From the NCBI GenBank assembly GCA_030141605.1, contig JAQGDQ010000036.1, forward strand, positions 310,001-374,000: 64,000 bases of DNA, given 5' to 3'. Below the pieces are notes generated by a model, which saw only the letters and a list, made by a program, of their open reading frames with translations, had not been told where the DNA came from and ran no database searches. Made by a program: the position numbers and the translations under genes. Shown in pieces: positions 28,301 through 40,838 of this stretch; position 1 is the stretch's first letter, and each line of letters begins with the position of its first letter. Source of the stretch: Tubiluchus corallicola. Taxonomy: Eukaryota; Animalia; Priapulida.

Positions 28301-31300
28301 TAACGGCAGTAATTGATACAATCTCTGTTAAAGATTGATATATAATTCTCTGTATAATTAGATTTCTTATGTTATGCATACTTTTGTGTCCTTAACGTCT
28401 TAGTGTCTTAATAATAACAATAAATTAATATGAATTGATGTACTTTCATATTTTATTCAATGATATCAAAAATATTATTTTCAACATAGAAAAAGCCACA
28501 GCAGACATAATCAAGTCTATCTTCATTCCAATGAGATTCGTTTTAACTACTATAATCTACAAACATTTATAACAAACGACTATACCGCTTTGTGAATAAT
28601 GATTATATACGTAAATCAAAACATATTTAATCGCAGCAGTTAGTTTATACTCTAATGTAACCAAATATCTAGTTTTCTCGACAGAGGTATTCAGAAAAAA
28701 ACCATTAATATTTGCTAAGGGCTCAATTAACACTTGTATCAGGGCAATCTACAAGAGCATGGAGCAGGGTTCGTACAACCCTTAAGTTACAAAAATTACG
28801 AATTCTATTTGTCTAGGAGCTATAGGCCATCTTCAAGTTTCAATTTTAAAGATGGTGTGAACCAGTGCGGTACTTGCGGTAAATGCGTTAAGTTAACGCT
28901 AAGTCAGAATGCAATTATCATAGATATTGTGCAACTTCAGCCTAGGGCTCAAGTTATAGCGTAACATACCCATCGTTCATTATCACCGTCAGTTTCGTAA
29001 GCTGTAATGATTCTCTGTCTAGCATTACTTACAAATGTATCTTCCAATTCATTCTCCCTCCCAGTTCAAGTTCCCTCCCACCTCTACCACCAAATTCTTG
29101 TTCGTCATGAAATACCGCAAATTTTACACGCTCATTTCGAGCAATTTTTTATAACTCTTTCGGTGTAGCTGCCAGGATGTTCATCACAGTGACTGAGTAT
29201 TTTATTCCAGTATCTTGCTTGTATAGCTCGCATTACACTGGCTTGCTATTACTTTAAATATACACAACTTAATTAATGCAGTTTTAGTTTACGCCAAGTG
29301 CAGCTTTCAAAGGTTTTCTATGCAATACCTCAAAGTTAGCATTACTCCAGGCCTTAGCTGAGTACAGTAAAATGGCATTAACACACGCACTCAACACTTT
29401 CATTTTATTGGAAAAGGAGCATCTTCATGTTTGGAAAGAAAATTCAAAAATTTAACATTTACACTAAAATCTTTATAACCAATCTGAACCTGTACATCAT
29501 CATAATCATAGTACCAACTACCAGTAGCAATTGCTGCGATTTGTTGATCGAAAAGAAGCTTGATTTTCCAGTATTTAAGGACATTCTATCCGTAAAACAC
29601 TGTTCTGTAATCATGCACTTAAAATCGAATAGCTGTCTTAGCGTACTCATCACCAAAGTATCACCAGCATGTATCGAACAATATAAATCATTCAACAAGC
29701 TTTCACAAGAGCAACAATTTTAAGTAAATCAGAAAGGCGGTCAAAGAATGCATTAAAGAAGCATGTTGATTGTTGAAGCACCCTGATGGATACCGGTATA
29801 TGTTCTGATCTAAAAGTTTCGGAGTGTCTATTGTATTTAACTAAACATTGGGTGAAGTCATATGTGTTCTTAATAGCAATAAACATATGCCTACTAATGT
29901 CCAATTTAAGCAATTTGTTTATCATTACATTTCTGGGAACTTTATTAAAGGTCTTTGCTAAATCAACAAAAGCCAAAAATGTTTAATTCTACGCTTCTTA
30001 GTTATCGCAATAAGTAACCTTAACAAAAATATCTGATCTACACAGCTCCTGCCCTTCTAAAAAGCGTATTGTTCTTCGCGTGTTAGTAGTCACAAAAGCA
30101 ATCTAATGCTAGCGAGTAAATATAACATTTGGTCATGCAGTTAGCAAAGAGTATATTAGACTGAAGTGGTATCCTATATAAATCATAATATTCATCATTA
30201 TTAGTAGTATTGCACACAGTTTATTATAAGAAGCTCTCAACATCTGTTGAGTAAAACCGTAACCCCCAATTTGAACTAACTTGTCACAACATCTAGTTCG
30301 AGTAACGTAGGGGTCATCTAACACAGAATAATCAGGTAAATTATTCAGTGCTTCTTCACTATCATATTGTCAAAACAACAAAAACTGGTTCAGGCGGTAT
30401 GGAATAAACTTTACTAAAATAATCACACGTCATCTATGCCGGAACAGTCATAAAAAGAACTACGATTAAGATCCTAATAATATACATAGTCTAATAAAAG
30501 AAAAAAGCATTTGCGTTTGTACGTGATTTAGATTATTTATCAATCACGCTTTTAATGAAAACGGTTGACGCACTGCCGTTTGACTGACTGTGGTTTAGAA
30601 ACAGGTCTGATGATATTTATATTCTTATGTCATGCATAGTTCAGACATGGTAAAAGTCGCGCGCATCAAAGTAGCGCATTCTCGTCAGTCGTCCATTATG
30701 TCCAGGATGAGAACTCCATTATTGTTCTGCTAAGCCTCTCCGTTGATATCTAGACCTTTAAAGGGCATGCTCTATGTAAACCTGCTCCAGAAATAATAGT
30801 GGGTGACATTTTGGCAGTCAAATGAAACAAAAGTGCCTTTGTTGCATATCTATATAGTGCTCTAGGCAAATTACGGCATTACGGTAATGCCCAACGCAAA
30901 TTTTCTAGGATGTAGCCGAAGTCCAACTAAAATCCGTGTACTTTCAAAACCTAATACTGCAAAATAATAATTACTCTCACAGCTATAGGTGTGTTTCTTA
31001 ATGTACCTTCATGATGTACAATTACGTCTAAGTACTTGCTGCTATGATGTTATTATAATGTGGTTTCACTGCAAGATTTAAACCCAATCACAGGTAAAAA
31101 CGGACCGCCATAGCAGTATCGTTGTCGTCATCGTCATTTAAAATTTTTACCATTGTCATTTATCATCTTCACCATTGCTATCGTCGTCGTCTTCGTCACT
31201 ATCATCACAAATTATCAGATCATGTTGGAATCGGCAATAATATGTATTTGCTACACTACCTAAATGTACAGATTTTTTGAACAACTACAGTTTACAGTTT

Positions 31301-34300
31301 TAGTTTTATATAGGTTCACCCTGATGATCTACGACAAGACAGTAAAGTTTAGTGATCCGCTTTCCGTCTCGAAGGTAGTGAGTTCGATACTGCGGCCGAG
31401 TAAAACCAAAGTACTTTAAAATAGTACCTGCTATCGCCTTGCCTAGCGTGGTACTTCGGTAACATCATAGTACTTCGGTAACAAGTACGTTAATATGATT
31501 GTTATTTGCAATCCACAAAAAGCTTCTTATGTTACTTGTTAATCCAAAACCGAGAGAAAGCGCGCGTCTGTACAGTGATGCATACCTAATTATTATATGG
31601 TATATAGCTATTATTAAAGGTTTGTTTCCGGTTTCCGATGATTTAGAATTGTACGCAGTAGTACTTTTAAAGGCCTCGTAATTTGTAGCTAAAATTCTAT
31701 GGGACACAGCTCCAAACACAGGTTTATTTGTAAGTATACACGTTATGCATACTTAACAAAATAAATTAACATCACATTTCGAGTTTAATTGATTTAAAGG
31801 CACTGTGTAAATAACAATTCAAGTACATTTAACTTGCTTGAAACTATAAAGGTCAAATACGTGGATAATGACAGATATGCAATATTATTAGTGAAACGAA
31901 GTTGATTGTATATGGTATCTTTAAAAGAAGACAAATTAATTTGCAATTACCAGCGGTACAACCGCTATCTACAAGTTTATACTATGTGCCATATATTTAT
32001 ATAACAAAATGATAGCTTCAGAATAATTTGGAATAGGATAAAATGGCATAGGGTGTCTCAAGTGCAATGGATAAATCTTGACGACCGAGAAGAGTTTAAA
32101 AAATTGGCTTTACCTCTTGCTCCGGTCATAATTTGAAAATATAATCTTAATAAAAAGCTGTTTTAAATATACAGAATTTGTTAACATATCGTTGCATTAT
32201 CTGTGTTTTCAGCACGAAATAAATCTATTAAGCAAGCAAGTAGTAATTACACAAGGTTCATAAAACATATTTACAGTAAAAATAGAAATTACAAAAGTTA
32301 TGAGATTAAATTAATAAAATAAAAGTTAATTAAACATTAAAATAATGTTTAATACTAATTATCTTAATCACAGATTATAATCGTGTAAATCTTACAATAG
32401 CGTTCCAGTATAATTAATTTTTTTTAAACAATGCGATGATAGCTAAGGTTGACGGCTAGCTGCAAAACTGAGTAATTTGTTTTCCATTTACGCGTTTTCG
32501 TAAAATGATAAAGTTCTTAGGTTCAATTTTAGGGAAAGCTCGTTAAAGGCATTGAATAAAAAAAATACAATAGCGCATAGCTTGTGGCAAATATAAAAAT
32601 TAATAAAAAACTGTCGTAAGTCCGATAAAATGGTAGCTTTACCGCATTAAAATCCCTTTTCGTGTCTGTGAACGTATTTTGACAGAGCTTCTTGCATGTT
32701 CTACAGGTCACCAAAAGCAGCGCATTTTCAGTTCTCAGTAGGCAACCAAAGTGACTTGATGACTCTTTCATTGGTGTAAGACAGTCGCAAAAGCAAAAAC
32801 AGCCAAGGCCAAGGAATAGCTGTCTATGTACACTCTTAGACAACGTGTAGAATCAATTTTCTCTAATTTAGAAGTGACTTTCTGATTATTATGCCATGTA
32901 TAATAGGTGAGAACCAGTTCTAAAACAGTAACCAGCTTATACCCTAATGTTCACTTAATTTGTACCTCGTTACCTGCTGCCTGTTGAGGTGAATGAGTCG
33001 CATGTATATATAAATGAACCGCACCTCCGATTTTTTTTATCTAAAATATTTATTATTATTTTGCTCACTGTTTCCTGTTCCTTAAACAGCTTTCAGTTTA
33101 AGTGTTAGATTTTTTTGTTCGATGCTTAACTAGGTATGTCTAGAAGCAGCAGCGGTAAAATTCTAAATTTGTGATGAGTGATTTTCCATGCGGTGTTGGC
33201 CATAAATAATTAGTTTTACCATTTGTAACAAAGACTCAACTATTACAGTATACAAGGTTTAAGATAATAGAATGGCATAATGTATTCTCAAGTTTGATGA
33301 ATTAAATTCGGGGATCACGCAGGGTTTTAAAGCGCCTTAGACAACGAAGTGTTCATAATTATAACATAACCAGTCTTCACCAAGGTCAAAACACATTAGT
33401 CAACTCGTCGATGCTTGCACTAACATTCAGAGGCTATCATTATTTTCAAGGAGGTTTTTACTTAAGAATGAACTTGGCTTATGCGTTGACAAATTTACTG
33501 TTATTTTTAAAATTAATAAATGGACAATGTGGATATATTATGTCGGCAGAAAAAACCAAGATACCTTGCTTGAGTAATATTATCTTATTGGTACTTAAGG
33601 ATTGGTTCTCAATTGTTCCAGGAATGTCGCATCGTTAACGTTCATCATACATCAACTCTATCTTTGATAATTTTAAATAATTGATAAATTTCATTAAACA
33701 TGTCTAATATATAATACCTATTATATTATATTAGCTATATATCTATTTGTTATATTATATAGTAACGCTTATATAATACAATATAGGCGTACATAGACAT
33801 ATTTTACCTGTATTTATATATCCTTCTCTCGTGGACCACTGCGGCAAATGACAAAGCCACAAATATGTGTACTTTTCTTGTATTATTAATATTGGTTTCC
33901 TTCTTGACGTTTGACGTGTTATTTGTGTTTAAAACCACAATCCTGAAATGCGACCTCTATGAGCCCTTGTATGCAAGTATACGTATTTGTAGTTCCTTGA
34001 GAGTGTTGATATATTAGGTTACGTATATATGTGACAAACTAGAGAAAGCAGTACAATGGAAATACGATCAGTCAAGCAAATTCAATTTGATGCTTTTTTA
34101 AGTTAAATTTAAAGGCTTAAAACTTGAAAAGAATGTAAAAATTACCTTTTTGCATTTTTCTTGGTTGGGAAAATTATTTGGAAAGTAGTGCTGAGAAATC
34201 TTTATGTGGCGCTTGTACATAATTTTGGATTTATAAATATTGTTTATCTCATTTAACTTGTTTGTTTTCAGAGTTAATTTTTTTACCTGCATCAGCTATA

Positions 34301-37300
34301 CCAGCCGACAAGTACTGTTAGCAGCAGTATCACAAATAACATCAAAAGGTGTTAGCGTCATTTCTGATAGTTCTGTCTGATTCGAAATTAACGTGTTCTA
34401 AAATTTCCTGTTATGTAGATTTCATTAAGTTTCTGCTAACGGAGATGCCAAAATCGAATCAGTGAATTTAGATGCTGCAATTAATTCTTACTTTTGTAAT
34501 AATTGTTTGTTTGAAATATTTCTCAAGACTCCCGGCATGCAGCGTTTAACTCGTTAATTTGCTAGTTTAATCGTTTGTTTCATTGTTTATACATTTTATT
34601 TTAATTTACAGTAAAAGAAAAGATAAGGTAACATATAATAATCATTTTACAGTATTGTACTTAGATTACCTGTGCTAGAACTCGGTCTAGTGATGGGGCA
34701 TTCTTAACGGTCTCTTCCTGTATCCCCGTTTGGTTTCTGCACTCTTCTGTTAGTACTACGTCATTGATATCAGCCGTTTGAGGTTTTACATATGAATGCT
34801 GTATTGCTACCACCTAAAAATTAAAACGCTCGTTAATTTGACTTTAAAGTACACAAAGTTTTTATTTGTCAAGCACGTGAACACATCTTAGGAAGAACCA
34901 GCATTACATAATAGGAGTGGCTTCTGTAAACTCTTATCAGCTTTCGTAAATTACCGCATACGTGTATACATAAAAACTTATTTTCAGGTAACTTCGAAGT
35001 TGTTGTACTTATAACAACAGTTCTATGGAAAAACGTGTCTTTTATAGAATTTTTTATGCGATTATTATAATTCAGTGTTGAGGCAATGCGCTAATTTGGT
35101 AAATGAAGAAAGCGATATTGAATTAAACGATTTTGCATTCCAAATCTTGTTATTCTTATTCCTGTTAACGCTTACATTATATTTGGCATGTGTAGGCTAC
35201 ATTTCCTGTAATGTCCTTGTCACGCGTGCTTAAATTGTGCATGTATGTAATGATATGGAGTTCCGTCGACTTTTGAACTCGATATATAAAGAAATTTGCC
35301 TAGTTCATTATATCTAATGAAGTAAATACAGAGATATTATATCGTAGTAGACCTGGTTGTAAGATCTACACTATAATCATGTATTGCGTGAGACTGGTGA
35401 GAGTAAAACATGCTGTGTCAGCTGGGTAATGCACTCTGATAAAATTATCATTTCAGAGACACGAAATTTGTCTGTGTTTTAGTGACAATTATGAATATAA
35501 GACTTGTGAATTAAAATGTTATGTTTATATGACTAAAACAATTTATGACTAAATTTATGACGACACTTTAATTTTAGCCATTTCAACATTGTGAAAAACC
35601 GGCTATTCTGAGGGACGTGTTCAGTTTACGAAAATCAGACACACCAAATATTTATTCTCAATTCAGATCACAAGTTCGTACTGAGCAGAATGCAGATAGT
35701 AAACTCATTAAACGACGTTCTAACGCTTTTTTTCATAAAATTTGGAAATCGAGGTTTATGCAGCAGCATAGCATTTAGACTTAAGCACTCGCAGAACACG
35801 TACATTAAACAGAAGTGGAGCAGCCGCATGTATTAATGAGTCTGGACCACCCAATGGTTTCTCTGACTTTAAAGTACTATAATTTTGTTTAATTTTACAT
35901 TTAAATTCAAAATTGAATATTAAAAAGGGCGTCATAATGGGATGAAAGAATGAGCGAACAGAAGACGGAATAGACAGTTGAAGAACAAATTATCTAATCA
36001 ACAAATGAATGAGTAAACAATCGAGTGATTGAACAAACAAGAGTTGTAAATGAATAAATGAATAAATAATAGCACTTGTCAAACGAAAGAAAGAACGAAA
36101 AACAACAATTAAATGAAAGAAAGAATGAATTAACGAATAAGTGAATAAAAATTGGATGAATGGACAAAGGAATGAATGAACGAACGAACGAATGAATGAA
36201 TGTATAGATCAACGAATGAACGAATAAATGAATGAATGAATGAATGAATGAATGAATGAATGAATGAATGAATGAATGAATGAATGAGTGAATGAAATTA
36301 TAGACATATTGAAATATTATCTGTAGGGCTAAATAAAGTGGAGGACTTATACACTTGTGGTATGGTACAATCAGGGTTAAGGCAAACCCACACCCTGGAA
36401 AGTACTGCTTATAATTTTCTACTGCAGAACTAAGACAGAATAAGTGCCGTGCCATTACAGACTGCCTTTCTGTTTTGCAATATGTAATCAAAAATAAGCA
36501 AGCATATTATTAAACGTTAATGTATATGTATACGTATATTTAAATGAAAGCTATAATTTGCATGGACTTTTATATCATTTAACAAATAGGTGGAGCACAG
36601 CAATTCAGCTTTAATCATACCACTACTACAGAGTAATCAATGCATTTCCCGCATTAGAACCACTCTATTTAAATTCTTCATCGCAGCTATATTATACACT
36701 CTGTATCCTGTTTCACATGCTCTGCTAGTCATCAGTGGGAAAATTTCTGATGCCTTTTCCAGTTTTATTACAGTAAAATTCAATAATAAAAGTGAATTTT
36801 TGCATATTAGAAATTTGATTGCTGTTTCCAGCTTTTTGAGTTCTTTACATAAATAAGACTCAGGCATATTGCGAATTTTCTGGACTTTTTTTTAAACATT
36901 TTATATTTTAGTTCTTATTAATTTTAATTTTTTTTACAATAGCATGATTTTGAGTAAACTAAAAAACTTGGAAAAATATAAAACAAACTAGCAGTTTCTC
37001 CGTTAATGTTGCAGTATATATTATGATTTAATTTTTATTTAAAGTTCTGGTTCACTGGATAAATTTTTTTTGTAGATGAATTAATTGTATAACTCAGTAT
37101 CACTTGTAGAACGAGCAAGGCTATTGGCCCATAGCGCGAATTGTTTCTGTATACATCTTTTTACTTGCAGAAAGCTTGCATAATTTCTGTGCATGACCAA
37201 AGAGTCATGATGATAAAGAGTGCTTCACCAACAAAAGGAAGCTTTTGAAATCTGTTTACGTCAGAAGACAACTAAATAGTAAATATTTGAAAAATAATAG

Positions 37301-38059
37301 TGAATATTCCTTAACAAACTATTCAAATTAGTTTGTTAACCAGACTGTAAAGAGCTTTACGCATAGGCTATAAGTTTAGAGGCTATTGTTGGTGTTATTC
37401 ACCAAATAATTTGTTATTTTTGGCAACGTTGAGGTTTTCTTATTAATGGGAACTTACAATTTCTCAGTCGTAAGAACTCAATGATATCAAAAGATTTCTG
37501 AGATTTAAGGTTCATTACTTTTCAGACTCAATTTGTTTTGTGCTTACTCATAATAAGCACAGTCGTTATGATTTTATTTATAAAGCAAACGCGGTAACAA
37601 TCTTATTACTTATTCGAGTTTCTGGGCGATTTAACCAATTCCCCCAAGAATTATGCCAAAAATGTTGTGTCATAAAATTCTGTACATAAATAGATTACTA
37701 CGTGTGATCCTTGAGTGTGCATTTTATAGGGCTACATTTTATCACATTGTGATTGTGTTGCTTGGCAATAATTAATAGACTATCTTGAAAATGGTCCTAG
37801 ATACATCATAGTTTTTAAAATTAAAGGTGTGTACGTCACAGAACTTGAGATTCAGAATCACATTCACAAATTAAATACAGCAGACATTACCTAGAGATTG
37901 TATTGTTTAAAAACCTTACACAAATCTCACCTTATTATTAGCTATGTCTATCACCAACCAAACCAGTAAGACAATTTCCTCTTCGTCTGAGCCCAAGTTT
38001 TCATTGTTTTGTCCCGCTGTAGCCGTGTAAAACACCACAAGGTACGCCGCCGCGGCCAT
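10435..38059 (-). CDS. ESRP: Epithelial splicing regulatory protein / fusilli orthologue, 14 coding exons, 715 aa (DnaQ-like N-terminal domain + 4 quasi-RRMs)
   Basis: Exons on minus: 38059-37931, 34813-34670, 27322-27100, 20984-20895, 18201-18147, 15933-15823, 15396-15221, 14630-14536, 14014-13799, 13512-13444, 12752-12588, 12153-11943, 11466-11162, 10593-10435. All introns are GT-AG and phases are consistent (2148 nt total). ESRP motifs: [79 protein letters not shown]. Confidence 0.95.
15103..15189. repeat. (CT)n/(AG)n microsatellite just inside ESRP intron 7
   Basis: Directly visible; explains the RE-repeat tail of ORF 15087-15344. Confidence 0.97.
16048..16346. repeat. (TTA)31 and (TAA)32 microsatellites in inverted orientation
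   Basis: (TTA)n at 16048-16140 and (TAA)n at 16251-16346, with a 110-nt spacer. Confidence 0.97.
16523..16724 (+). mobile_element. THAP zinc-finger remnant, probably from a DNA transposon, in ESRP intron 5
   Basis: Frameshifted translation MSHC..VQGC...[11 protein letters not shown]...CSLHFTNDS...[10 protein letters not shown] matches the THAP C2CH signature and AVP box. Confidence 0.65.
20299..20378. repeat. Exact 39-bp tandem duplication
   Basis: CCATAAAACTTGAATCTGAAAGTATCATAATATTTTGAG occurs twice in tandem. Confidence 0.95.
20985..27099 (-). other. U12-type (minor spliceosome) GT-AG intron 3 of ESRP
   Basis: 5' splice site GTATCCTTTT (27099-27090). U12-type branch sequence TCTCCTTAAT (21008-20999) close to the AG, with no polypyrimidine tract. 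The reading frame joins correctly (T|AC = Tyr). Confidence 0.88.
23071..23139. repeat. Compound (CT)n-(CA)n microsatellite
   Basis: Directly visible. Confidence 0.9.
28640..30400 (-). mobile_element. Degenerate non-LTR retrotransposon (L2/Daphne/Crack-like RT) in ESRP intron 2
   Basis: RT motif [14 protein letters not shown] (ORF 29692-29976) and a C-terminal RTGSHHL/KIET.RW-like motif near 28830-28870. Many stops and frameshifts; boundaries approximate. Confidence 0.8.
31335..31460 (+). mobile_element. tRNA-derived SINE head (degenerate)
   Basis: B-box-like GAGTTCGATAC (~31380-31390) followed by CGGCCGAGT..ACCAAAG.ACTTTAAAA..GTAC, a body motif resembling invertebrate tRNA-SINEs. Confidence 0.45.
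35995..36296. repeat. (GAAT)n microsatellite with degenerate flank in ESRP intron 1
   Basis: Pure TGAA array at ~36229-36286 and degenerate GAAY/GAAA units upstream; explains ORF 35994-36491. Confidence 0.93.
36637..36867 (-). mobile_element. hAT (Buster/Charlie-like) transposase C-terminal dimerisation fragment
   Basis: [26 protein letters not shown] resembles the PFxTTYLCExGFS...KxRNR motif. Confidence 0.45.
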
Positions 38060-38089
38060 ACTGCTACTACTAACAACCACCCAAAATTC

Positions 38090-38290
38090 TTCCACCAGTT
38101 GTGACTGTATAACTAGGTTTTGTGCCAATGCTTTCCCTTCCCCTATCCTCTCATTATATGGCCATGCATGTGCTTGATTTTCTTTACCTGTGTTATAGCT
38201 GTATTGTAATTGGTTGAAAGTAGTTTGGCACCCGAACGTGGCGAAACTTGCGCGCGCAAGTTACAATCAACACACCTGAAAGAAGTGACT
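38090..38290 (-). promoter_or_regulatory. ESRP proximal promoter / 5' region
   Basis: Immediately upstream of the ATG and CpG-richer. Contains the 18-bp perfect palindrome AACTTGCGCGCGCAAGTT (38245-38262), and CAGGTG (38278-38273) and CAGGTA (38190-38185) on minus. Confidence 0.5.
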
Positions 38291-40015
38291 TTGATGTTGC
38301 AAAGCTTTTTTGTTAATTCATAGAAGTTTACGTTTTCCGGAATGCGCTACCAAGTGATTGTTTTTTGAGACTTAGGCACGTAATAGTTGGCAGTATTGAC
38401 AATTTATAAAATAATATAGCTAACAATATTTATAAAAATTGTGTCAACTTGCTTTTATGATCTTTGGTCTGGTACAAGACTCACGGCCTGCCTTGTGTAC
38501 ACTAAGGAGGATTGTAGCATCGCACTATACAAACGTTTACTTTGGAGTTTGTCTGCTGTTAAACACATATGATTATAAAGTGCAAAGAGGTATCCTTATA
38601 ACCTCATTGCAGGTATATGTATTTCAAATGAACGCGTAGCGTATACTCTTTAATTCTTTTCTAATTAACTCTATTACATTAAATTGATAAATAGCGTGCA
38701 AATAACGCATCTATCGTATTAGTTGTAAGAGCGTATTTTAGACTGTCTGTCTCTAAGTAAACATGTGACATCTTTACAATCATCCGACGATTTATGAGAA
38801 TCGAATGCACATATAGTTAAATTAAACAACAACAATTTTTGTGTTATTAATAGTCACTTCAATTTTGTCGTTTAAATGGCCTCTTTTATTTACGTTTAAA
38901 AACTGGTTATCTTTTAATAGTACGCCCATTATTCAACAGCTGATCTCAGACTTGGCGAAATATGCATTTGGCAGCTTTTTTGCAGAAGTGTTCCTATTAA
39001 TTCTGATTTTCTTAGACTTTTGTGGCTAGACATCGATGAATTTTAAATTATACTTTAACATTTATGTATTTAGTTTAGTTATCTAATCCAGAGCCGTAGA
39101 TTATTTCTTTTGATTTTCTTGCCTCAGTTTTAAGAACTAGGGTAAGCAAGTCGATTTAAATTAACTTAAAAAGTTTTTTGTTTAACACTTTTAAACAAAT
39201 AAATAAATAAGGATGTAAATAAATAAAACATATGTATATATTTATAATGTAGTGCACGCTAACTTAAAAAAAAACGTTTTAGATATAGGTCTTATGTATT
39301 CTGAATACACCTAGTATTCTGCAAAGCAAGTGCGTATATAAATAGTTTATAATAATACTATATATTTTATAGTAGTATTATATATTTTTGTCATCGTATT
39401 CGTCTAGTTTACGGTATCTGTCCTTTATGCATTACGCCAGTGGTACATTTCGTCAGTAGTACATTTCGCCTGTGGTACATTCGTGTACCTAATGGTGTAA
39501 GATGTTTTCTGTAGTCGCATGTCGCATCTGCTAATCATACACACGTTTATTTGAATGTATACCTCATTTTCTATCAGGTTGAGTTCGACCCCTGATGTGA
39601 GATCACGAACAATTTCTCTCCACACTTTTTGTCTAGCTCTTGCCATTTCCCCACAATTACCTGGCTGTAGCATACACTTTTCTATAAACCCTATACCGCT
39701 AACTATCACATTATAACATTGTGGGACGTAACCTACTTTGGAGCTCTCATTGAATTTCCCATTTTTTGCTTCGAAACTAGGGCATTTTGTTTGTTTTTTT
39801 ACAAGCGTGTACTCACATATATAGCTTTTCGTTTCTTAATATATTTTTTAGTTAGATGGCCGTTAGACTTTTTTTAAACGCGAGTACAAATTAAGAGCAG
39901 TCAACGTTTGAAAGACTACGTGTTTTACCATTATCGTCAATTACGAACATAGAGGTTTCTGGAAAAAAATGAAGACTACATCATCACTGCAGCCGAAACA
40001 CAAATACAGAATACT

Positions 40016-40170
40016 ACATGGCATGGTAAAATTGGCATGGGAAAATGTGGCACTGGAAAAATGACACATGAATAAAATGGCACAGGGGAAAATGGCACAA
40101 ATGGAAAAGATGGTAAGAATGGCACAGAAAAAATGGCGCTTAGTAAAATATGTGTTTAGGGTTAGGGTTA
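40016..40170. repeat. ~15-bp minisatellite (AAAATGGCAC core) followed by TTAGGG-like units
   Basis: About 8 degenerate AAAATGGCAC units, then TTTAGGGTTAGGGTTA; probably part of a non-autonomous DNA element. Confidence 0.7.
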
Positions 40171-40224
40171 CAGAAGAGGACAATTATTTTATAGAGAGGG
40201 CCAATTAACTCACACTTTTTGCTT

Positions 40225-40515
40225 AATTTCTGGCAAGACCAACTCAATTTTGGTGCTTGTGGCAGGACCGGACAAGTTTCCATTCTCGAAGACAATCCTC
40301 TAAGATGAAACACTGACTTTACAGGGATGCCTTCGTCGCGTTCGGACGGCTAGACATACCCCATCGATGACAAAATACCAACGAGTAATACAGTAGATGA
40401 AACAACCCAGTACAAGTATTGAACCCAGCTGTCAACCATCATTTCACTGATCAGGCATAGCCTTGCTTAATTTCGGTCACTAAGCATACACCGTGACAAC
40501 TAACTCGGCTATTCT
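40225..40515 (-). mobile_element. SINE-like element with a composite tRNA/5S rRNA head
   Basis: A-box-like TAGCCGAGTTAG (40511-40500), then a 5S-rRNA-like segment CCGAAATTAAGCAAGGCTATGCCTGATCAGT...GATGGTTGAC, then B-box-like GGTTCAATACT (40425-40415). 3' boundary approximate. Confidence 0.55.
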
Positions 40516-40570
40516 CGTAGTGGCACTGCTGGCAGTGTTGTTCCTAAAAGCACCTTGTGGCGTGTGTCTA

Positions 40571-40838
40571 GTCGGAAAGGGAAGGAATTGACCCTTTCCG
40601 ATTATTATGCTTCAACACAGTTTGTTTGTGTGGTTGGTTGTTTTTGTCTGTTATGACAGTAAGCCTGTTGCCCAAAAACTGTCTAACAGATTTCCAAGAA
40701 ACTTTGTGAAGAAAACCGGGCCAAAATGGGATTCTTCTCGCCGGTTCTCTTTTCGCAAAACTTGACCGAACACCAAATACAAAAAAAAACATTCATGAAG
40801 CACTTCGCGGAGATCGCAGAGGGTATTTAGTGCTTCTT
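40571..40838 (+). mobile_element. Helentron/DINE-1-like non-autonomous element (HINE-like)
   Basis: 5' inverted repeat TCGGAAAGGG...CCCTTTCCGA, internal GTTT/GGTT/GTCT microsatellite, and GAAGCACT...AGTGCTTC inverted repeat at the 3' end before a T-run. Confidence 0.45.

Noticed and set aside
35994-36491. 165-aa ORF with FIHS repeats; the array also reads (UCAU)n (Nova-like) in the pre-mRNA
   Set aside because: The ORF is a (GAAT)n artefact. The array is far from any exon and is a common microsatellite, so there is no evidence of function.
38060-38128. N-terminal extension of ESRP from a TTG start in the ORF track
   Set aside because: ATG 38059 has good Kozak context and matches the family N-terminus; the extension needs a non-ATG start.
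40155-40170. TTAGGG telomere-like units
   Set aside because: Only about two units next to a minisatellite; not an interstitial telomere array.
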